64,000 nucleotides of DNA, taken from IMG/VR virus record IMGVR_UViG_3300015610_000939; one strand, 5' to 3'. A model generated the notes under the pieces. The model saw only the letters and a program-made list of their open reading frames with translations, searched no databases and had not been told where the DNA came from. This DNA is from an uncultured virus (IMG/VR IMGVR_UViG_3300015610_000939). Taxonomy: Duplodnaviria > Heunggongvirae > Uroviricota > Caudoviricetes. Positions 49,665 through 57,206 of the stretch are shown here, piece by piece; within the stretch, counting starts at the first letter, position 1; each line of letters opens with the position of its first letter. Both the position numbers and the translations under genes were made by a program.

Positions 49665-50459
49665 ATGGAAAAGAGAATTATCGGACCAGACGGAAGAGAG
49701 TTTTGCACCCCTGCTTGTTGCGGAGGACCGCCAGCCAAGAAGCCAAGTTCGGAACTTGTGGTTCCACCACTTGAAGCAGCCCTTGCTGCCTGGAGAGCGG
49801 CCCCGAATGTGGCGAAGCTGGAAGCAGCTTTCAAGGCTGGGGGGTTCACCGATCTGAAAGATCACCGCAAGGTGGTTACCGACAGGAGAACGTATCACTG
49901 GTCCATGGCTCCTGGTAGGTACGTTAACAAGGACACGGGTGCAGTGGCCTTGAAGAAGGTCGCGAAAATGGTTGAATTGTCTGTTGCACCACTTCCAGGT
50001 GTGAGTCCAAAGACAGAGGTCGTTGTCCGTCAAGAACAAGAAGTGATGGAGCCAATCATGGAGTTCACAGGAACCATGGAGGATTGGTTTGGAACACTTC
50101 AAGAGCTCATTATTCAGGTTTCCAACGATATGTTCCGCAGGAACCTCTTTACAGCAAATATCGTGGAAACGTCGCCATTCATTACCGACAGTCGCTTGTT
50201 CGGTAGGGAATACGCCAAAGCTTGGGAGCAGGTGAGTCCGTCGAGCTGGATTGCTTCGAACAACCTGTTCGATCGGTTCACTCTCTTGCGCACCAGCACG
50301 CATCCAGAGAACAGGATCAACGTGAAGTTGGTTTCCAGGTTCAAGGCAGAATTTGGGGACATCCACAAGGAAGTGCCTGAGCTCGACATCGTGGCTTTGG
50401 ACCAACCTGCTTTGTTGGCAGACTACGAAATTATCGTTTTGGACATGCCTGTGCTCTAG
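49665..50459 (+). CDS. truncated MCP paralog 1 (A-domain-like part only)
   Basis: YHWSMAPGRYVNKDTGA, FTGTMEDWFGTL, NIVETSP, IIVLDMPVL match C-terminal MCP segments; GAGG SD. Confidence 0.75.
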   Translation: MEKRIIGPDGREFCTPACCGGPPAKKPSSELVVPPLEAALAAWRAAPNVAKLEAAFKAGGFTDLKDHRKVVTDRRTYHWSMAPGRYVNKDTGAVALKKVAKMVELSVAPLPGVSPKTEVVVRQEQEVMEPIMEFTGTMEDWFGTLQELIIQVSNDMFRRNLFTANIVETSPFITDSRLFGREYAKAWEQVSPSSWIASNNLFDRFTLLRTSTHPENRINVKLVSRFKAEFGDIHKEVPELDIVALDQPALLADYEIIVLDMPVL

Positions 50460-50488
50460 AGCCATATTCCTCTGGAATAGAGGAATCA

Positions 50489-51154
50489 ATGACAGAAGAG
50501 CTGACAAATCCATACAGAACTGTTCCAACCGCACCAATCGCACCTCCAACCCCAGTTGTGGAGGACAAGAATGTGCGCTTCTGGTCCAGAGCTCCAGGCA
50601 AGTTCGTCAACAAGTTGACGGGAGCTGATTCTGCCCTTAACAGGGGAGTGGCGACCGCTGGCCCAATGTTTGCTGGGTCTGTCCGTGAGTGGTACGAAAC
50701 CCTCGTTGATGTGATCGACGACGCAGCGTCGACGGTGAGGCAGCGTACGAATCAAATGCCTCAAATTCTGGAGTGTACCCCGGATTTTGCAACTATCCTT
50801 GAGCACACTGTTGCGTATCGTTCTGTGTACTACGCAAACAATAACAGCCCAAAGGAGACAATGAAGGGTGCCTTTGGTGAGCTTGTTGGTGTGCTGAATG
50901 GGAAGTTCTACGTTCACGTAAGTTCCGAACTTCCTGCCTCGGTGGCGAAGCTTGTACTCGTGACCGACAAAAAGGTTTCACGCACCAAGTTTACAGACCA
51001 GAAAAAGCTTGAGGTCAAGGTTGAAGGAAAGGTTGTTCCAAGTCTCTTCGAGGATGACTGGAAGGTTGGCGCTGCTTTCACTGAGGAGCCTCTTCCCTGT
51101 CTCACTCGTCTTGATGGAATCACCATCAAGATCCTCGACATGAACCTCCTCTAA
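50489..51154 (+). CDS. truncated MCP paralog 2 (A-domain-like part only)
   Basis: FWSRAPGKFVNKLTGA, GPMFAGSVREWYETL, TPDFATILEHTVAY, VGVLNGKFYV, KILDMNLL match the MCP. Confidence 0.85.
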   Translation: MTEELTNPYRTVPTAPIAPPTPVVEDKNVRFWSRAPGKFVNKLTGADSALNRGVATAGPMFAGSVREWYETLVDVIDDAASTVRQRTNQMPQILECTPDFATILEHTVAYRSVYYANNNSPKETMKGAFGELVGVLNGKFYVHVSSELPASVAKLVLVTDKKVSRTKFTDQKKLEVKVEGKVVPSLFEDDWKVGAAFTEEPLPCLTRLDGITIKILDMNLL

Positions 51155-51212
51155 AGCCTTCTGAACGCCTTCTAGCGTGGTACAACCTAATTACCACGGA
51201 AAGGCGTATGAA

Positions 51213-51821
51213 ATGAAGGTAAAAGAGCTGAAGAAGATGGTGATGGAGAGCGTCACCAGGACAGTGAAGGAAGCTGGATACGACCAATATGGGGAAGGCG
51301 TATCGCAAGCAACGGACCCAAGCTGGTTTGATACCTTGCTTGCTCCCGATGAACCTTCACCTGAAATGAAGAACACTCCAGAAGCCAGGGTTCTGGTTGA
51401 TGCAGCCAAAAAGCTCTTGAAGAAGGCTGGAAAGATTGACAAGGAAGTCATGAACCAAGTCTCCGCTGAGTTGGAGCAGAACTTCGACCTGCCTGACGGG
51501 GTAAGCTGGGAAGTGGTCCATGCCGCCTTTGAGGAGCTCAAGAGTGACATGCTTTCCGAGGCACCACCAGAGGGATGGCACGGCACTGTGAGGGCTATGA
51601 AGACCCACGGACACACCGGTAAGGGTGGAGAGATCGACAACCCATATGCCTTGGCGTACTACATGGCAAACAAGGGAGATGAACCTCACTACAAGGAGCA
51701 GCCAACTTCCAAGAAGGGCACTCCTGAAAAGAAGAAGAAGTTCATGAGTACGGAAGCCTTCGTTGATATGGTCCGTGAGATGATCAAAGAGGAGCTTGCA
51801 GCTCTTCGCAAAGGAAAGTGA
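51213..51821 (+). CDS. hypothetical protein with N-terminal leader
   Basis: MKVKELKKMVMESVTRTVKE; CTAATTA at 51187. Confidence 0.7.
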   Translation: MKVKELKKMVMESVTRTVKEAGYDQYGEGVSQATDPSWFDTLLAPDEPSPEMKNTPEARVLVDAAKKLLKKAGKIDKEVMNQVSAELEQNFDLPDGVSWEVVHAAFEELKSDMLSEAPPEGWHGTVRAMKTHGHTGKGGEIDNPYALAYYMANKGDEPHYKEQPTSKKGTPEKKKKFMSTEAFVDMVREMIKEELAALRKGK

Positions 51822-51824
51822 ACC

Positions 51825-52199
51825 ATGGCAAAAGAGTTCATGAGCATGGAAGCGTTCGAGAAGCTGGTAATGGAGTACATCCGTGAGGCTGTGAGGGAGG
51901 AGATGCTCAAGGACCTTTCCAAGCTCTCGGAGGTCACCCAGGGCACTCTTTCTACTGGGACTTCCACTACGTCCATGGGCACCTCTGGAACGACTGGAAC
52001 GACTGGTACGAAGTCGGGAGTGGGAACGAAACCAGGGAATGACGACCCGGCAAACAACGTGATGGTTCCCGGAACCAACATGAATATCAACCAAGGTCTC
52101 CAGGCTGCTGCAAAGGAAACGAACTTCAAGAAGAAGGCGGACCTCTTGAACAAGATGAGCACCCAAATTCAGGGAATGAAGGGCCTCGTTATCAAATAA
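51825..52199 (+). CDS. hypothetical protein with N-terminal leader
   Basis: MEYIREAVREEMLKDLSKLSE followed by a Thr/Gly-rich tract. Confidence 0.65.
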   Translation: MAKEFMSMEAFEKLVMEYIREAVREEMLKDLSKLSEVTQGTLSTGTSTTSMGTSGTTGTTGTKSGVGTKPGNDDPANNVMVPGTNMNINQGLQAAAKETNFKKKADLLNKMSTQIQGMKGLVIK

Positions 52200-52235
52200 T
52201 GTGACGTTTGCCAGCCCTACTTAACGGGTAGGCTC

Positions 52236-53495
52236 ATGGCAACGTTCGTAACCACTCCTCGACCAACATCGTTTGGGCTATTCGACTCAGACCCAGCATT
52301 CCAGAGGGATGCTGATTCCATGGTGACTTACGTCAAGCGCAAGGCCGGTGAGACCACGCTTTCGACTGAGTTGTCGAAGAAGGAAATTTGGTCTTGCTTT
52401 GAGGAGGCGACCTGGAGATTCAACTCTTGGGTTATCGAATACCAGACAAAGAGCAACCTTGCCAGCCTTCTTGGAACTCCAACGGGTTCTTGGGATTCCA
52501 CGACCAACCAGAACACCATCAACCTCACGAACGTCTACGTTGCTCCGAACCTTGAGTTCCTTGATAGGTTGGCTGAGCCTTATGCCAATATCATTGGCTT
52601 CGGTTCCACCCAAAACTCCTTTTCCGGTTCGATTGACATGGTAACCGGGAAGCAAGATTACGACCTTTTCACTGATCTGAAGGACGAGGCTGGCAATCCT
52701 CTGTACGGTATGCTTTCCGGCTCTGGTGGAAAGATGCGTGTCTTTGAGGTGTTCCACTTCGCTCCAATCCAATACCTCTTCAACTCCTCGTTCGGTACGA
52801 ACTTTGGAAACGTAGCAGGTGTTGGTATCCCAATGGGAGCCTTCAACACGGATACCCGTTTCCACATCCTTCCACTCTACGAGGATGTTCTTCGTGCTGG
52901 TCAGCTCAAGCTGGCAAGCAAGGTGAGAAGATCCCATTACACCTACAAGATTTCCGGCAGGAATATCCGTTTCTTTCCCGTTCCAACCTCCATCATCCCA
53001 GGGGTGAACAATAAGGTTTGGATTCGAGTGGGCTTCCAAGCCCAGGTGAATGGAGCCTTCATCGACCTTGGTGTCAGCAGCTCACTCAGTGGAACAGCAG
53101 GACTTGCAGGTTCCTCTGGTTTCTCTGGAGTGGCAGCAGGAGCTTCCAATCCCGCCAACATCCCATTCGGCCTTGTGAACTACGCAACCCTCAACCAATG
53201 GGCAAAGAACTGGATCGCCAGGATGACCTTTGCTCTCGCTCTGGAGATCATGGGTCGTGTCCGTCGTAAGGTCAAGCGCATCCCCATTCCAAACGCCGAC
53301 CTGGAACTGGACGGTTCTGAGCTCGTCCAGGAAGCCAGGGAAGACCAAACCAAGCTCATCGAGGAACTCAAGGGTCAGCTTGAGTCCCTGTCCTACGACA
53401 AGCTCCAAGAGATGGAAGCTCAGAAGGCCGAGAACCTGATGAAGCAACTTTCCTTCCTTCCCATGCCTCCAACCCACACGATCAAGAGGTTCTAG
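52236..53495 (+). CDS. neck protein (T4 gp13-like)
   Basis: TELSKKEIWSCFEEA...ALALEIMGRVRRK...IP...LDGSELVQEA; position after head genes; CTACTTA at 52217. Confidence 0.75.
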   Translation: MATFVTTPRPTSFGLFDSDPAFQRDADSMVTYVKRKAGETTLSTELSKKEIWSCFEEATWRFNSWVIEYQTKSNLASLLGTPTGSWDSTTNQNTINLTNVYVAPNLEFLDRLAEPYANIIGFGSTQNSFSGSIDMVTGKQDYDLFTDLKDEAGNPLYGMLSGSGGKMRVFEVFHFAPIQYLFNSSFGTNFGNVAGVGIPMGAFNTDTRFHILPLYEDVLRAGQLKLASKVRRSHYTYKISGRNIRFFPVPTSIIPGVNNKVWIRVGFQAQVNGAFIDLGVSSSLSGTAGLAGSSGFSGVAAGASNPANIPFGLVNYATLNQWAKNWIARMTFALALEIMGRVRRKVKRIPIPNADLELDGSELVQEAREDQTKLIEELKGQLESLSYDKLQEMEAQKAENLMKQLSFLPMPPTHTIKRF

Positions 53496-53516
53496 GCTGG
53501 ATAAAACGTCCCCTCC

Positions 53517-53535
53517 GACTCAAACTAATTGAGTC
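53517..53535 (+). promoter_or_regulatory. hairpin GACTCAA-ACTAA-TTGAGTC abutting the GIY-YIG start, containing CTAATTG
   Basis: Perfect 7-bp inverted repeat ending at the base before ATG. Confidence 0.55.
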
Positions 53536-54546
53536 ATGAAACTAGTTTACAATGAACACTCTCTCAAGCCGGGTATCTACAAGATCCTCAATACCCATAC
53601 CAACAGGACATACATTGGCCAAGCCAAAGAATTGAAAGCTCGTTGGAAAGGTCATTGCAGGTCTCTTCTTGCCGGAAGGCATCAAAACCGTTTTCTCCAA
53701 GCTGACTTCAACAAGTGCCGGGAGGCGTTGGGCCATGATGACTTTCTTGAGTTTCATGTCCTGGAGGTGTTGGAAGGCTCCACTAAGGAGGAACGAAACA
53801 AACGGGAGGAGGAGTACATTGGCAACATTTACCATGCTCTTCTTCCCGATGGCTCCCGTGTTTGCTACAACTTCAAGGAGAAAACAGAAGCGTTGGAACG
53901 TAGCTGCTATTCCAATACTCCCGAGGAGACCAAGGCGAAGAAAAGCGATTCGATGAAGAAGGTTTGGGAGAATGAGGTATATCGGTCTACTCTTGCAGAA
54001 AAGGCAAAGAGGTTCTGGAACACAGAAGAGGGTAAAGCAACGGCCTCCAAGCGTGCTCAAATTATTTGGAATGATCCCGAGCGCCAAGAAGCCATGTCTC
54101 TTCGGATGAAGAATCAGATGAGCAACCCAGAAGTCAAAGAAGCTACAGTCAAGTCTTTGAATGCTGAGGAGTCAGTTAGAAAAAGAGCGGACACATATCG
54201 AAACAGACTTACCTCGGAGCCTGAGTTCAAAGCGAAGATGCAGGCTTGTGGACGAAAGAATATTGCCAAAAGAAACAGCTCTCAGCCTGTAAAAACGTAT
54301 GGTTCAGTGCAGGCACCAGACGGAACTGTTTACCACAACATTTCCCATATTCCTACTTTTGCTAAAACGCACGGGTTGCAAAAGCAGAACCTCTATTCGC
54401 TTCTATCCGGCAAGATCAAATCTCACAAGGGATGGATTCTATTTAAGGAAAATGTCCTCCTGAAACCCCTTCTCATAGTGGAGGATAACCAGGAAGAGGA
54501 GAGAGAGGGGGATATAGGAGAAATAAGATGCCGCGTCTGTTCGTAA
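53536..54546 (+). mobile_element. free-standing GIY-YIG homing endonuclease
   Basis: GIYKILNTHTNRTYIGQA...RWKGH...LQ...E...E...YN; repeated helical W-containing motifs; inserted between neck genes. Confidence 0.85.
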
Positions 54547-55184
54547 CCCAAAAAGAGATCGACTACTTCAATGACCTCGGCAAGGAGTTCATCAAGGACA
54601 TTGTCGGCCAAGCCATCATTTACTGGCCCGTCTCGACCCTGAAGACGAAGATCCACCCTGTGTACAATGAGGCCGTGAAGAAAATCTTCGAAAACCCAAT
54701 CAAGGTTGATGCCCTGGCTGGACAGCCCCAGTGGGAGACGAAGATGACCACCTTTGGACCTGAGCAACAGAACACACTTGAGGTGTTCCTCCAGGCCAGA
54801 GACTTGGCTCAGAAGGGTCTTGAGCTTTCGGAGGGAGACTTCTTCACTTATGGCGATAACGCCTACGAGATTGTCTCTTACCTGAACATGAACAACTTCT
54901 TTGGGCAGGTTGAGCACGATGTTGCCTACAAGGTTATTGGGAAGCTTGCCCGTCCAGGAGAGTTCAATCCTCAGAAGTTCTTCAAGCCAGTTGAAGAGAC
55001 GACCCCGCCAACTCCATTTGAGCAACAGCGGGGAATTGCAGAGACCAGTGACGGGCCAACAGGTGACATCCGTGATGTTCGCGAACGTCTTGGAGATGAT
55101 CTTCCTGCCCCTGCCCTTGGAGATGGTCCAAGGCGAGTTGATGTAGACCCAACCCTGAAAGCGAATACACTGTACGATGAATAA
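54528..55184 (+). CDS. neck/head-closure protein (T4 gp14-like)
   Basis: DIVGQAIIYW...VYNEAVKK...EGDFFTYG; GGAG SD; position. Confidence 0.7.
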   Translation: MPRLFVTQKEIDYFNDLGKEFIKDIVGQAIIYWPVSTLKTKIHPVYNEAVKKIFENPIKVDALAGQPQWETKMTTFGPEQQNTLEVFLQARDLAQKGLELSEGDFFTYGDNAYEIVSYLNMNNFFGQVEHDVAYKVIGKLARPGEFNPQKFFKPVEETTPPTPFEQQRGIAETSDGPTGDIRDVRERLGDDLPAPALGDGPRRVDVDPTLKANTLYDE

Positions 55185-55875
55185 CCTGAAATCTGTTCTG
55201 GACTTCTGGCTTCTTGAGTCTCAAGAGCTTGAAGAGGCAAAGTTCAACCCAGAGATGTTCGACAAGATGGACAGCCCAGAGCAAATGATCCTTACCGTTG
55301 CAGGTAAGCTTCCATTGCTCGGAGAGGGTTCGTCTCGTGCTGCCTTTCTGCTTGACAGTAAGAGGGCCTTGAAAATTGCCAAGAACGAGAAGGGTCTTGC
55401 TCAGAACAGAGCAGAGTACGAACTAGCTCAGAATCCCGGTGTGGCTCCTTTGGTTACGAGGATTTACAAGATGGGACAAAACGACGCCTGGATGGTGTCG
55501 GAGCTGGTACGTCCGCTCAAAAATCAAAAGGAGTTCGAACAACTCACCCAGGTTCCTTGGAGCTTCATGTTCAAGTTCCTGGATCACTACAGCTCGCTGG
55601 GTGATGTTGGCCGAGCATTCGATGTAACAGTAAAGGCCCAAATTGAAGCTGATAAGCGTGCACGGCATCCAATGCCAGGAATGTCAGTTCGGGGAATTGA
55701 ATATCTTCCATTCATCGGAAGACTCTTCACTGCTCTGGCAAATCGCCCTGACTTGATCCCTGCTGACTTGCAGCTTCTAGACCACTGGGGCAAGACACCG
55801 GACCAGCGTGTGGTGCTGCTTGATTCCGGGTACACCGAAGATGTCTATGCTTCCCACTATGCTACTCGGGCATAA
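55177..55875 (+). CDS. protein-kinase-like protein
   Basis: LGEGSSRAAF Gly loop, ALKIA, QNRAE, DLQLLDHWG, VLLDSG. Confidence 0.65.
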   Translation: MNNLKSVLDFWLLESQELEEAKFNPEMFDKMDSPEQMILTVAGKLPLLGEGSSRAAFLLDSKRALKIAKNEKGLAQNRAEYELAQNPGVAPLVTRIYKMGQNDAWMVSELVRPLKNQKEFEQLTQVPWSFMFKFLDHYSSLGDVGRAFDVTVKAQIEADKRARHPMPGMSVRGIEYLPFIGRLFTALANRPDLIPADLQLLDHWGKTPDQRVVLLDSGYTEDVYASHYATRA

Positions 55876-55883
55876 TTACCAGC

Positions 55884-57104
55884 ATGGCACCATCCGGGAA
55901 GAATTCTACTCGCTGGAACATTGAGCGTGACCCAAGAAACCCGGTAGATCATCTTCCTACAGGTTACGAGGGCTCAAGTCCTACAGACTACACCATCCCT
56001 TCATGTGACATTGAAGATGTGGATGTGGCAGTCCATGCACTGTTCGACAGGGAAATTGGGTTTGCAGCTCAGAGCATCTCCGATGGGGAGTCCTCTGTTG
56101 AGCAGGTCAACAAACCTCTTGTCATTCTGGCTGGAGGGGAGAGATTCGCCCTTGTCAAGAAGCTCCGTCCAATCAGGACCAAGAAGGATCACCAGTTGAT
56201 TCTTCCTGCTATTGCCATTCGCAGGAAGTCAATCACCCAAACTCCCGACGATCTAACCTCCAGGGGTATGAATCAGTTTACCGGAGACTTGGTGATCAAG
56301 AGAAGGCTTGCTTCGGAGGATAGGGACTACCAGAACCTTATCAACAAGCTTGCCTTGACTGACTTGAACCCAAATGGACCAAGCTCAACGAGAGACCAAG
56401 GTCAGAACGGTCCAATTGTTGATGAAGCTGTTAGGGAAGGCGCTCTTCTTGACCCAAAGCTCGGCAACAACGTTTGGGAAGTCATCACTATCCCACAGCC
56501 ACAGTTCTACACGGCCACATATGAGATTACCTTTTGGTCATCTTACTCTATCCACATGAACTACATGGTTACGACTCTCTTGAGCGCACAGCTTCCTCAA
56601 GGAAAGATGTTTCGCTTGAACACCCCAAAGGGGTATTGGTTCATTGGCGAAATCTCCGATGAGGTTACCTCGGCTGACAACTTTGAAGAGTTCACCGAGG
56701 ACAAGAAGGTTATCCGCTACACCTTCCAGATGACCGTGAAAGCCTTCCTCTTGGCCTCCAACGGGCCTGGGATGCCTGTTCCTGTCAGGAGAACAATCTC
56801 TGCTGTGGAAATCTCCTTTGAGACAGTGATCCCGACAGGAAAGGTTGTAAGCCCCCAAGGACCCAATCTCCCAGGCGAGCCGTATGCCCTGTCAGATATC
56901 GAAGAAAGAGTTGAGGATGCTCAAACTTTGACTTCGGACCAGAGATTCATTGTCGAGAAGAAGGTAGCCAATCCTCTCACTGGGAAAGTGGCTGTAAAAA
57001 AGGCTAGTATCCTGGGAAGCAACCAAAAGCAAGGCGAAACAGCGTACTACGCTGATGGGTTTGAGACCCTCGACGAGTTCATCCTTGCAATCCAAGGGAA
57101 ATGA
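55884..57104 (+). CDS. tail terminator / sheath stabiliser (T4 gp15-like)
   Basis: GERFA...LPAIAIRR...PQFYTATYEITFW...MN; upstream of the sheath genes; ATAATTA 5 nt before ATG. Confidence 0.65.
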   Translation: MAPSGKNSTRWNIERDPRNPVDHLPTGYEGSSPTDYTIPSCDIEDVDVAVHALFDREIGFAAQSISDGESSVEQVNKPLVILAGGERFALVKKLRPIRTKKDHQLILPAIAIRRKSITQTPDDLTSRGMNQFTGDLVIKRRLASEDRDYQNLINKLALTDLNPNGPSSTRDQGQNGPIVDEAVREGALLDPKLGNNVWEVITIPQPQFYTATYEITFWSSYSIHMNYMVTTLLSAQLPQGKMFRLNTPKGYWFIGEISDEVTSADNFEEFTEDKKVIRYTFQMTVKAFLLASNGPGMPVPVRRTISAVEISFETVIPTGKVVSPQGPNLPGEPYALSDIEERVEDAQTLTSDQRFIVEKKVANPLTGKVAVKKASILGSNQKQGETAYYADGFETLDEFILAIQGK

Positions 57105-57206
57105 AGCCTGACTCCAAGTCGGAATCGTGGATATTGGACCCTAATTATCGCAAGACAATCTGAACTGATTGCTGCGTTCCGTGGCAGAAGTTAGACGAGG
57201 GACATA

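Noticed and set aside
51950..52030. Short GGAACGACT repeats
   Set aside because: They encode a Thr/Gly low-complexity linker; too short to be an independent element
52236..55184. Group I intron around the GIY-YIG gene; inteins in terminase, primase or portal
   Set aside because: Flanking neck genes look complete and leave no space for an intron core; no intein-sized insertions or splice motifs seen
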